Assembly (NCBI GenBank): GCA_023231475.1 | Contig: JALJEE010002061.1 | Location: forward strand, 1-64,000 | Reading direction: 5' to 3' | From: Seison nebaliae | Taxonomy: Eukaryota | DNA: 64,000 nt | Part shown: in pieces, positions 24,202 to 36,648 of the stretch | Layout: every line of letters starts with the position of its first letter | Numbering within the stretch: position 1 is the stretch's first letter | Made by a program: the position numbers and the translations under genes | Notes under the pieces: model-generated | What the model was told of the DNA's origin: nothing | What the model saw: the letters and a program-made list of their open reading frames with translations, nothing else | Databases searched by the model: none

Positions 24202-26715
24202 ATGACAGATGTCAGACAGAGGAAAGTTCATAAAAATCGAAGTAAATCTCAAAATAATTCAAAGAAGATAAAAAATGGATGGACATTTTTTGCTTATAGA
24301 AAATTGATTCGATTCATTCGAATCACATCGATAATCTTTATCATTTCTTTCATTTGTCTATTTATTTATTATTCATACATCCTCCAAATTTTGAGACAAC
24401 GTCGCGTTCTAACACCGTTTTCTGTCAATGATGATGGTATTTCGGAGAATTATGTTCGTATGGAAAACGAAGAGAATTCTGAGAATTTTTGGGGATTATA
24501 TCGAAGTAATTTATATTTTGGAGTGAAATCAACTTTCCCAAATGGATTGAACACGGGATTGATGTGGATCACGTGGAAGAATCAGCAACTTCTTCTCCGT
24601 CATTGGGCGCAAGACAGTGATGGATTGAAATCATATAAATTCCATCGACATGATACTCAATTTGCTCAACAAGAAATTTATGATGAAACTAATTTTCTTA
24701 ATTTGTCATTTGTCAAAGATTTGTCCATACGGAAGAAATATGGAAAATCATCAGGAGTTTGGACAAAAAGGATTCATGGGAAATGTCTTCAAAAAATGTC
24801 AATTCTTCTTTATGTCGCAATTGATCGACCAGTTGATGAATCGATCGCTTATCTCCAAGTTGATCGAGATCCGACTACGAAGGAATTGATAGTTCGTGGG
24901 AAATCGCCTGAAATTTCTATATCGAACGGAATTGATGAGACATCAAATCTAATGGAAATTCGTTTTCGTGTTAAAGAGAATTTTGAGAAATGGAGAATTT
25001 CTATGATTCGTTCAAATATTGATGGTCTATTGAATGTGGACGAGACGATAAAGAATAATATTCGAGGAAGGAAAACGAAAGAGAATATGCAAATTCCTGT
25101 ACTCTCCGAATCGATCGATGTTATTGGAGATAAGAAGAAAACGAATTTTGTCGCTATTATGTTCTATTTGGCTATTCCAAGAAATGAAATTCAAATCGAC
25201 ATGTCATTTGTACCGAGATCATTAAACTTAAAAAAAATGTTAATCGGTAATGAATTTACAAAACAATTAGAATGGAATATTCGAGAATTTGATAAAAAAT
25301 TCAATAAAACTTTCCCACTCGTCAATTATGATAATTTCCATCCAGATAAACATTTCCATGATTTCTCCAAATATCTTCTCAGTAATTTGTTGGGTGGTGT
25401 TGGTTATTTTTCGGGTCGAATGATTGTCAAATCGACAATTCCAAATTATTCGGAAATTCCAACAAATTATTTTTTTACCAATTTATTGACGGCAGTACCA
25501 TCACGATCATTCTTTCCTAGAGGATTTCTTTGGGATGAAGGATTCCATTCTCTGATTTATGGAAAATGGAATCGTTTACTTCAAAAACAGATTTTGATGC
25601 ATTGGTTCAAATTGATGAATGGTGAAGGTTGGATACCAAGAGAAGTGATTTTAGGACAAGAAGCATTAAGTAAAGTACCAAATGAATTTATAGTTCAAAA
25701 TCATTTAAGTGGAAATCCACCAACATTCCTTCTCGTTATCGACCAATTATTAAAAGAAGATAATAATAACGATTTTCTTTTGGCAATTCGTCCTTATATT
25801 TATGGATGGATCAATTGGTATGACACACATCAAAGAAGTAATAGTAAAGAATTATTGACAACATATCGATGGAATGTCCGTGATAAGAATTCGGATGAAT
25901 TGATTCTTAATCCGAAATCGTTGGCATCTGGTTTAGATGATTATCCACGATCGTCACATGTCACTGAATTTGATCGTCATGTCGATCTGCATTGTTGGAT
26001 GATATTAGCGATGAGAATAATTTTAAATGTTGATGAAAAATTGAAATTGAATGATGAATTAACGAAAGAAATAAAAGAAAAATATTCTAGTTTGAATGAT
26101 TGGAATAATTTGAATCGATTATTCTGGTGGAATGAAAAAAAACGTTTCGCCGATTATGGTTATCATTCGACACGTTGTCGTCTAGTTCGTGTAAGGAAAG
26201 ATGATAATTTTGTGACGAAAAGAATTTGTCAAGATAAACCGAAATATCAATTTGTGGATGCGGAAGGATATGTGTCATTATTTCCATTTTTATTCCAATT
26301 AATTCCTCCCGACAATCAACAACTCAATTTTATTTTAGATAGTTTAATTAATCCAAAAATCTTCTGGACATCTTATGGAATTCGATCATTATCGACGAAA
26401 GCTCCATTATATCAGAAGAGAAATACGGAACATGATCCTCCATATTGGAGAGGTGCCATTTGGATAAATTTCAATTATCTAATTTTAAGATCACTCAATT
26501 ATTATTCAAATGAAAAGAATTGTATAGAACGTGAAAAAGTGAGAAAGATTTATCATCAATTACGAAATAATTTAATAAAGAACGTCTATGATCAATATCT
26601 TCGAACTAATTATGTTTGGGAGAATTACAACGATGATGATGGTAAAGGTCGTGGAACTCATCCGTTCACCGGTTGGACGTCATTGATATTATTAGTCATT
26701 AGTGAGAAATATTAA
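24202..26715 (+). CDS. MOGS: Mannosyl-oligosaccharide glucosidase (glucosidase I, GH63), intronless
   Basis: Type II TM; FWGLYRSNLYFG, TAVPSRSFFPRGFLWDEGFH, GWIPREVILG, LASGLDDYPRS, YWRGAIWIN, HPFTGWT. Confidence 0.96.
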   Translation: MTDVRQRKVHKNRSKSQNNSKKIKNGWTFFAYRKLIRFIRITSIIFIISFICLFIYYSYILQILRQRRVLTPFSVNDDGISENYVRMENEENSENFWGLYRSNLYFGVKSTFPNGLNTGLMWITWKNQQLLLRHWAQDSDGLKSYKFHRHDTQFAQQEIYDETNFLNLSFVKDLSIRKKYGKSSGVWTKRIHGKCLQKMSILLYVAIDRPVDESIAYLQVDRDPTTKELIVRGKSPEISISNGIDETSNLMEIRFRVKENFEKWRISMIRSNIDGLLNVDETIKNNIRGRKTKENMQIPVLSESIDVIGDKKKTNFVAIMFYLAIPRNEIQIDMSFVPRSLNLKKMLIGNEFTKQLEWNIREFDKKFNKTFPLVNYDNFHPDKHFHDFSKYLLSNLLGGVGYFSGRMIVKSTIPNYSEIPTNYFFTNLLTAVPSRSFFPRGFLWDEGFHSLIYGKWNRLLQKQILMHWFKLMNGEGWIPREVILGQEALSKVPNEFIVQNHLSGNPPTFLLVIDQLLKEDNNNDFLLAIRPYIYGWINWYDTHQRSNSKELLTTYRWNVRDKNSDELILNPKSLASGLDDYPRSSHVTEFDRHVDLHCWMILAMRIILNVDEKLKLNDELTKEIKEKYSSLNDWNNLNRLFWWNEKKRFADYGYHSTRCRLVRVRKDDNFVTKRICQDKPKYQFVDAEGYVSLFPFLFQLIPPDNQQLNFILDSLINPKIFWTSYGIRSLSTKAPLYQKRNTEHDPPYWRGAIWINFNYLILRSLNYYSNEKNCIEREKVRKIYHQLRNNLIKNVYDQYLRTNYVWENYNDDDGKGRGTHPFTGWTSLILLVISEKY

Positions 26716-26845
26716 GAGAGATTGTTCTGATAAAATTTTTATTTTTACTCGTCCAAATACTTCTTTTCCTTTGTCAAATTATAGTTTGGTGTCAAATTAA
26801 AATAATTTTTTTGTCAAATAAAACTTCTTAAATTTCTCTCAATTT

Positions 26846-27946
26846 TTATCTTTTGCTAAATTTTTGTATTAATTCCACTGGCAACGGAACGATTAATGTA
26901 TGATTCCGTTTGGCTGACATTGTTGTTAGAGATTGAAGATAACGTAACTGGACTGAAATGGGAGATCCACTTAAAGCAGCTGCTGCTTCACTCAACGCTT
27001 TCGACGCTTCTTTTTCTCCTTCAGCTTCGATGGTTTTCGCTTTCGCCTTTCTTACTGTTTGTGCTTCAATAGCTAAAGCATTCTTAATACTCTCCGGTAA
27101 ATGAATCGATTTACTAATTTAAAAATTATAAATTAAACATTATATTCGATAGAAATACCAACATTTCTACTCGTGTCACTTCAACTCCCCAAGCATTTGT
27201 AGGCTCGTCAAGGAAAGTCTAAAAAAATTAAAGGAAATTTATTTACAGTTAATTATTAAATATTAACTCGAAGTTCTTCTTTCATTTCAGAACGATCAGT
27301 GAGAATTTGTGCCAATGTTCGAGTACTGAGAGTATCGCGAAGAGCACTACTTGCTAAAAGGATTGTACTTTCTTTCGCATCTGACGCTTTCATCAAATAT
27401 AATTCCGAATCGAACGTTCGTTGATAGACTACTGCATCGACCAAAATTGAAACGGAATCATTTGTTATGATCTATAATTTTTTTTAGTTTTGAAAAATTA
27501 TTTCAGAATAAAACTTCCTGTGATGGAATATCAATAGTTTTGTCTCTCATATCAATCGTTTCAATTTTGTCACAACATGGCGCTGCACAGAAACAACCCG
27601 GTTTTACACTACCTCGACTCTTACCACATCGGAATATGACGGCTTCCTCATAACTAAATACCACTTTCGCCATTTTAAATATTAACGGAGGCCAAATCAC
27701 ACAGATAAGAAGATGACAAAAGAATAAACATACATCTTCACATCCGTTTCTTTTACCTCTAGTTGGTGAGACTGATAAAGAATTATATAATCACTTGTAA
27801 GGAAGATAGAACATTCGTCATGTTGAGGTTCGTTCTTCGAATTTATTGCAATTGCACTCTTCTAAAACAATTTGTTGTATTATCAAATAATTAGAAGTTG
27901 AAACTTCCGATTTTGAACAAAGTTCAATGTCTTCTTCCCGTTCCAT
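26846..27946 (-). CDS. Stomatin/MEC-2-like (band 7) protein, divergent paralogue; 6 exons
   Basis: Introns 27862-27904, 27772-27812, 27472-27514, 27219-27267, 27114-27162. Spliced product has YEEAVIFRCG, IDMRDKTIDIPSQE|IITNDSVSILVDAVVYQR, EAEGEKEASKALSEAA, QLRYLQSL. Confidence 0.88.
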
Positions 27947-28597
27947 TAGATCGTCGATTGAATTCGTTTTGACGGAAAAATAATTTCTTAAGAAAATGGT
28001 AAGAGAGATTACGAAATGTCGAATAATTTCACTATAGCAACGAAATTATTTTATTATTTTAGTCGCCAAGCGATCACCGATGAAGAAATAAATAATAAAT
28101 CAAATGAAATAATGTTCAAGGAGAACGAAGTATTCAGAAAATGCAAACGGATATTTTTCTAACAAATAATTTTTCTAACTCTGTCGTCAGTCGAAATATT
28201 AAAAATATCAAATATTATTGGGAGTGGAAAAATTTCAATTAAAGAAGTCATGCAATAATTGTTATTATATATTCATGATATATCGCTATATGTATTAATT
28301 GTCATTAGGAACGATACTTGAAATATTGGAAAAATCGAGGATAATCACTATTATCATAAAAATTCCATAAATTACTATTATTATTGTTCATTAAGATTAA
28401 TTAGATAAAGTTTGAATAAGGTAAAATTTGATAAGTTTTCATAGAATTTATTTTTTAATTTCAGTATTAAATGTATCTATAATATCAGTATGCAAAGATA
28501 AGTCAACTAATAAAATTTATTGAATGAAATACTTAGGTTTTTTGGAGGAAAATGTCGATGAAAATAATAAAGATTAATGATTGAATAATTCGTAGAT

Positions 28598-29550
28598 TTA
28601 TTTTGCGATTCCTCTCAACAATTCGACAGGTATTGGGAATACGATCGTTGAATTCTTCTCCGCACTAATAGTCGTTAGTGTTTGCAAATATCTCAATTGG
28701 AGGGCAGTGGGCGATTGACTAATAGTATCAGCAGCTTCTTTCAAAGCCTTCGATGCTTTTTGTTCTCCTTCAGCCGAAATGACTTTTGCTTTCGCATCAC
28801 GGGTTGCTTCCGCCTCCGATGCCATAGCTCGTTGTAACTGTGGAGGTAATTTGACGTCTTTGCTAAAATTGGAGGAGAATAAAATTATAAAATATTTAAA
28901 ATTAAAAATCGGAACATTTCAACTCGATCAACTGTAACACCCCAACGATCAGTAGCTTCGTCAACTAATTCTTTCAATTGTTCAGCTATTTCATTTCTTT
29001 CCACCAAAATCTGTTGAAGACTCTTTGTTCCTAAGACGTTTCTGAGTGCACATGATGCCAACAAAAGTGTACTGTTCGATGCGTTAGTTGCGTTGCACAC
29101 ATAACTTTGTGGATTGAAGACTGTTTGATAGATGACAGCATCTACAGAAATGGTGACAGAATCTTTCGTCAAAATCTATTAAAAGAAAATTATTTTTGAA
29201 AAATGAAAAAAAAAACTGAACTTCTTGTGGAGGGATATCAATTGTGATAGTTCGCATATCAACAAAGACGAATTTGTCCGTACATGGAATGATACAGAAA
29301 CATCCAGGTCCTTTAATTCCACGACTGACACCAGTTCGGAACATTACGGCTCTCTTATAATCATTAACGACTTTAATCGAGAAGGGTATGGCCAAAGGAA
29401 AGAAGATGATAATCAGAAATATCGACACAATCGTCGCCATTATTCCACAACATCCCAAACTTCCCTCTAAAATGATAAATGAAAATTATGTTTTTCAGAA
29501 AAGAATTGAAAACGTTTTATTTCATTAGGATCATCTTTTTGTTTGTCCAT
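28598..29550 (-). CDS. Stomatin/MEC-2-like (band 7) protein; 4 exons
   Basis: Introns 29467-29513, 29176-29221, 28863-28915. Motifs [91 protein letters not shown]. Confidence 0.93.
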
Positions 29551-30209
29551 TTTCAATGAAATTTCTCTAACGGGTTTTGTGAATAAAATAAAAATTTATC
29601 AAAGTAAATTTCTTTCGATATTTTCTATGCTTGAATTACGTAAGAATTCCCATAGTAATGAAGGACAAACATTATTAATGAAATTTTTTATGCATGCTAA
29701 ACCGTACAATTTTATTAATTTATTTTCATCAACTATTTTCTTTACGGATTATGACCATTGCATTGGCATGGACTAAAAATAAATGCAACAATGTCATAAC
29801 ATATTTACCCACTTCATTATCGCTTAGCAACGGGACCAAGAACAAAAATATAAATGACTGGGGGACGAATGATCAAATAATTCTTTCAAGATTTCTTTCA
29901 TGATGCCACTTTATTAACACCATTTACTGTCATGCAAAATGAATATTAATTTTTTTCTAATATTTTATACTTATTGATTTTCTAGACGAAATTTGATAGA
30001 CTCTTTAAATTCCATTTTTCTCTAATTTCCTTTAGGAGACGGTTTCTATTATGAATAATAATATTAATGAATATTTGAGTTTACGGGGGTGGTAAGTCTA
30101 GGCCTTGAAACTCTGAAAAAGAATATTATTTGAGAAAAATTTAGAGAAATTTGAAATTTTAAAATTTAAGATTTTCTGAAAATATTTTAAATTAATTTCC
30201 TTAAAAAGA

Positions 30210-30898
30210 ATGAAAGGAAAATGCGAAATGATGATCGTATTAGGATCAGGTATAATTTCCTCTTCCATTTCTGCAATTGTAATTTCATTGAATTGAATTT
30301 TTCTGTTTTCAGGAGGTCATACAACTGAAATGTTAAAGATAATGAAAGGATTTAATAAAGACAAATATTCGCCACGGCATTACGTGGTGGCCGATTCGGA
30401 TATAAATAGTCAAGAGAAATGTTTAGAATTCGAAAATGAATTTTCAGATGTTGGAATTTATTTGAAACGAATTAATGATGAGTTGGATGGAACAGTATGA
30501 AATTATCAGTATTCCAAGAAGTCGCAAAGTATTCCAATCTTATTTCACTTCATTCTTCACTACAATCTATGCTATTTTATATGTCATTCCTCTCATTTAT
30601 TATTCACAACCGAAAATTGTTTTTTTTTCTTCAATTTTTTTCTTTCATTTTCTTCTTCAAGTTCTTAAGTAACGGTCCTGGAACCGCTATTCCATTGGTC
30701 TTCATTGTGAATTTGTTGAGATTCTTTCGAATAATTAGAAAATGTGAAATAATTTTTGTGGAGAGTTTCGCTCGTGTTCACACGCTCTCATTAACCGGCA
30801 AATTAATGTATTATTTATTTGCACATTATACGATCGTGCAATGGGAAGAATTGCGTAGAAATTACAAAAAATCGAAATATTTGGGACGTTTATTATGA
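30210..30898 (+). CDS. ALG14: UDP-N-acetylglucosamine transferase subunit ALG14; 4 exons
   Basis: Introns 30250-30312 (GTA donor), 30450-30495, 30619-30661. Motifs IVLGSGGHTTEM, YSPRHYVVADSD, IPRSRKVFQSY, NGPGT, IFVESFARV, VQWEEL. Confidence 0.93.
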
Positions 30899-31016
30899 AA
30901 TAAAAAATTGAACTTTTTTTGGAAGAAATATAAAAAAATTTTCCATAACAAATGATTTCTAAAAAAATATAAAGGAAAATCTTCACCGGATAAATTGAGT
31001 GATTGAGATTGAGAAT

Positions 31017-32505
31017 TTAGGGATTATAATGAATGATTTTTCTATGACTAATCTCATCGATACATCCATATTTCTCCGTAAGAATATCCGTCGATCGGAT
31101 ACATGTTCCACATTTCAATCCTGTGACGTCAGGTTTGCAACTGCATTTTCCTGTCATCTGATTACAATCGTTTCGAACGGATCCATATGAATTACAATTG
31201 CATGCTAAAAAAAAATGAAAATGGAAAAAAGAAGAAATGAAAAGATACTAAACGAATACAACCGATGGAATCGTGTGATTTGTAGATGGTGGAGAGTTTG
31301 AGTCCCCAATAGCCGAGATAACATCGTTGACATCGATCGCCGATCACACCTGATTTGCATTGACAAACACCAGTGTTCGGATCACATTTACTATGTGTCT
31401 TCGTTCCGAATGGATGACAATTACATGTTTTGGGAGTGAAGATATTCGATGATGTCAATTTGGAGAAATGATATTGACGACTTCCCATATCGTGATGATT
31501 TAACGATTTGTAAATAGTGGATGAATTAAAATGGATACAAGTTGAATTATATGCGACATAAATCTTCTTCTTTTTCTCGCAAGAACTTTTCTCTAATTCA
31601 CAACGATTGCGATAAGTATAACGATCAGTACCACAAACGGGTGAATGGATCTGTTGAAAATTTAAATTTTAAGAGGAATTAAAGAAATTAAACTTCCGGA
31701 CAACGATTACGACATTCACACGCATAATAGTAAGTATAATAATCATCGCTGTCATTCTGATTTGTACGATCGACATAAACGGAGGTTGAACTGGTTTTGA
31801 AAAGTTGTTTTACTTTCAATTCTTGATTGATATGATCTAAATGAATTTGACGAAAAAATCGGAGAACTCGACGACGACAATGTGCATAATATTTACAATT
31901 TCTCATGTTCTTCTTAACTCGACGTCGATCTTTTATTGAACATTCGTCACATGGAGAATAATAATTGATGGTGAGAGATACTCGCTGTTCGGTACAAGCA
32001 ACGCGTTGCAAATGACATGGACTGTCATATGTTCGTCCATCACTCCCACAAACTTTCGTACTAATAATCGTACTATATTCCTCTTTACATAAGGGACATG
32101 CACAAATTATCAGTTTCCTCTCAGCGTCCAATTCGATTGATGTACTTTTAAAATAACTGTTGTAAACGAGTTTATTATGATGTTGAATTCGCTTATAATA
32201 ATCGATTAAGGATAATTGTGTAAAATAATAGATGTGACTATATTTCTTTATATTCTTCCCACCTATCGTATAAGTTTCTTTGAATAGATCGAAATCGAAA
32301 TTCTTATGAGAAATACATTTGGAATTCGGATACAGTTGACATACTGATGGATGCATTTCATTACAAACATCATTATTCCGATATTCTTTAGAGAGAATTT
32401 CAAATTAAAATAAAGTTGTAAGAAAAATGACTAACCATCGAGTAGAAGGAAGAATAAACACAAATTTATAAAACTTGTTATTAGCCATTGAATCAGATCG
32501 AACAT
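31017..32505 (-). CDS. Short agrin-like secreted protein: 2 follistatin/Kazal + 2 laminin-EGF domains; 4 exons
   Basis: Introns 32386-32435, 31651-31693, 31205-31253. Kazal motifs [15 protein letters not shown] and [17 protein letters not shown] domains CNCHPFG...[11 protein letters not shown] and [32 protein letters not shown]; hydrophobic N-terminus. Confidence 0.78.
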
Positions 32506-35500
32506 TGTCTTCTTTTATACATTGCTTCTTTATTCTTCATCTATTCGAAATGTTTCGAGATGTGGAAGAGGAGAAAATCGGTTTGAAAAAGAAGAATACG
32601 AATCGGAGAGTTTATAGATCCGAATGACATGGAATGCAGCTCTATTATGAAGAATTGGTGATTTACTTTTCGTAATTAGTGTAAGGAATAATCAAAAAAG
32701 GAGAAGAGGAATGGAATAGTTTCATTCCAATGGATTTGTTGAAAGATGTCCGTTAAATATGAGAAGATTAATTTGGAAAGTTTTGCAGCTGTTCTCATCT
32801 AATGATTCATTATGCTCAATTGGAATGGAGAACGGAATTTATTCAATCGTTATTCTTTAACACAGATATATTCGCTATTCGATGAAAGTATTGTTCGTAT
32901 GAAGATTGCTCTTCATTCAATCATTGCTGTTCATCATTTCACATTTATAGATCGACGAAATAATTTGTGTGAATCGATTAAAGGAATTGTTGATATTAAC
33001 GATTGTTTACAAGTTCTGCATACTCACAGTGATTTGGGAGAGTGGGGAGAATGTGGCGAGATTTTTTCCTACCATTCATTGTGTGTTCGGGTTCATCGAA
33101 CGGTTAATTGATGGAGGCGGGACAGCGGTGCGCTTCGGAATAAATATGGAAGGGAATTCTTTCCGACAAATCAGCTGTGGTAGTTCGGAGAAAGGAAAGA
33201 ATGAATAAAGTAAAGACACATATGGAGAAGGACGATAACTGATAAGAATCGGAAGGAAGAAAATAGTTTGTTTGAATAAATTCCATTTATTTCTCCCGAT
33301 TCCTTCCCGAGAGTTGGAAGAGAAGATATTGTAGAAATAAATCAATACAATATCATCATATGAATCGATGAGGAAAAATTAAATAGATCAATTTAGAACT
33401 GGCACAATCGCTTGATGTAGAGACTCGATATAATACATTGAGAATGCACGTAACACACTCACAACACAACCATACACATGGGCAGTTTAATAAACAGTGT
33501 ATTGATCGTTGAAGAGATGGAAAGGAGGGAACAAGGATTAAAAAGTCTAGGACTTCTCCGAGGTGTGCTAGATGACTGTGTGAATTCTTCAACTAGATAA
33601 AAGGAAATATTGAATATAATAGTGTAAAAGGGAAGAATGGGAAAAGGGGGACAGAAGAAGAGGAAAGAAACCTACAAAGAAAGAAAAACAGGCGAATAAT
33701 CAAACATATACGTCACGATAGATATTCCTCGTCGTAGTTCAGGATGAGCATTTGAAACACAGACAATTATAGACGATTCTTCGAATGGAAAGAAAGAAAA
33801 CTATATTAGAACTATCACCAATTCGTTGGCAAATGGGAAAGTTGTTTGTGCGTCCGGATTCTTTCTTCCCACCCACCCATCCCATTTATCCATCCATCCA
33901 TTCAACATCCAAAGAACATTTGTGAATATTTATAATTAAATGCAAATTACAATTTATATTATCGAATTACCTCAACAAAGTTGAATGATTCACGATAATA
34001 AGTAAACGAAGAACTCTTCCTACTAATAATAGAATTAAATGGCGAATAGTAAATAAATTTTTCGTCTTCTTTTCCAAATGAGTATATCGAAGAGAAGAAT
34101 CGATCAATTATTCATTTAATTCCATTAAACCCGAAAAAAAACGTATAATATTTATAAGAATAATGAAAATTTTCGTTTAAACTCAAACAATCCAAATATA
34201 CGAAAGCAATAATAGTATGAAAAAAGAACAAATAACTCAAACAACAATAACAACAATAACAACATCAACATGAATAAAGATAACTTCTATTATCGAATAA
34301 ATTTCATTTCCCTATCACTTCATCGGATCGATATTAAAATTAAATTGTTGATTAGAAAAAGAAAGAAGGAAATTTTTGTCAATAAAATTTGTTTTTTGGG
34401 ATAAATGTAAATATTGGATTGATTTGTAAGATTAATTTTTCATTAATGATGATTGATGGAATGGAGGAGGAAGTGGAAGAAGAGAATCATCAGAGAATTA
34501 ACTATGAGGTGAATAATCGAAAATATTTATCTTAACTTTACGATAATTTCACTTCACCTGTGTTTACTTCCCACTCCCAGCTACGAAACATCCAATCGCT
34601 CACCAATCTTATAATTTCTCTACTTCATTTCATTCAATTTGCATAAACAAATTAGTTTATTCCTCCTCCTCTTTCTTTCCTCCCGAAAGTTTTCTTTTCA
34701 TTGTTGGTTTATTCTCAACAATAATATGGTATTTCGACTATGGAGAAATGATGGAAAATAATTATCATCAAATGGTGTCGCATAATTAATCGATCAATTA
34801 CAAACGAAATACCTTCCCATTGTCTATTGACCTATGCACTTTATTAATAGTATCATTTGAAAACCTGACAGAGTTCGAGGTGGAGTAGTGGAATGATTGA
34901 ATGGCTGAATGAATGAGGAGAGTGTAATGGATTGGGGAGAAGGTAGAAGGAAGGAAACCATATGATCATCTACTTCATCCTTATGTGAAGGAGCATATTC
35001 ATGACAGAATCGTCTTTTTTGTTAGCGAACGAAAAGAAGAGGCAAAAGAAACGGCAGAAGAATAGGTAAAAATTCATGGTAAAGTAAATAAGGAGAAAAT
35101 TGTGAGAGCAAATCATCGGTTCTAAGTTATGTTGATGAATTGTGACAAGATATGCAATTTCTTATGAAGAATTCTTTCTCACAAATAAATCGACTTTCAT
35201 TCCAATCAGTTGTGGAAGGAAATGCTCCTTTAGTTGATACGACCTTCATCTCACTACTACAACTGCATGAATAAGGTAAATAGAAATAAATGGAATTAAT
35301 GACAACGAACAATGATAATTGAGAAGAATTCGAGAGAGGAACAAATACCTCACAATGGATAATTTACCTCTAGTTAAACGAAATAACAAATACACAACTT
35401 CAACAATCAACTTTCTCTCCTCACGTCAGATGTCTACCGTTAAATCACGTAACATAATCTATCATCAATTTATAATATTTCCTATCTAATTCCAAACACC

Positions 35501-36615
35501 TCGTTCTCTTACTTATACATCTGTCCCGCATAACTTCTCCTGCCATTCGATCTAAAAGAGAAATGGAAGACGAATAAGCTTTATGTTTTATGCTGGAAAA
35601 GAATGAAAGATGAATATTTCTTTTAAATCACCTTTGAAGGTTATGATGGGAAAGAGCATCCAATAATTTTCATGCATTGATTTTTGACTATTTTCATCGT
35701 TCGATAGAATCCAACTAATATTTAAGTATTATTCATTCCCAATTGGTCTTATGCTTAGTCATTATTCATGAAAACAATAAACTTATTCATCATCATCAAT
35801 ATTTCACATCTTTACATTATTCTTCTTCTTCTTCTTCTCAACTGCCAATCTTTTCCTCCAAAACATCATAATATCATATTCCGTTCTATTTATCTCCAAG
35901 AACATGATCATTCTCGTCAGACAATTATGTTTCACCTACACCGAATAAATCAAATAAGCACAAAAACCTTTCAAAAGACTATAAAAATTTGAAAATAAAT
36001 TTCATGTCTCCGAACTTTATTTTTGATTAATGTTTCCTTCAATTAATAGGAATTATCATAAACCGGAAACATTTGAGAAGTTATTTAAAATGTGGAACCT
36101 CCATAATGGAGGTAATCAAAAGGAAACTATTTATGAGCGAGGACATTGATGGATATGAAATAAAAGAAGCGTTTGAATTTTGAATTGGGGGAAAGGTTTG
36201 AATGGTGAATATTCGATGTGAGAACATGGAATGCATATCATAAATGATTATGCAAATTTATATAAAGATATTGGAGAACATAGTACCAATATTCTCAAAT
36301 TTTTTTTTCAAATTTCCTTTAATATGTCTCCGATGTATCATGCACTCATAATAACTAATTATTCGATGTCAATTGAAACTCATGCAAGAAAGATGGAAGA
36401 AGCAAATGAATTTTATGTAAATTTTCTTCATAAAACTTTGTCATTGGTTCTCAATGTTAATAACATTCGTGTGCGGGAGGTACAAGATGGAAGTTATGAA
36501 ATTAATGGATTTTGAGAAAACATATGAATAAATTTGAAAGAAAGATAGACGGAAGATGGAACGTCTGACAATCATCGTTATGTCATCTAGTTGACTTTCA
36601 GCTGTCTCGTCGGTT

Positions 36616-36647
<32 letters not shown>
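36616..36647 (+). repeat. (CAT)n microsatellite
   Basis: About 10 tandem CAT units. Confidence 0.9.
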
Positions 36648-36648
<1 letters not shown>

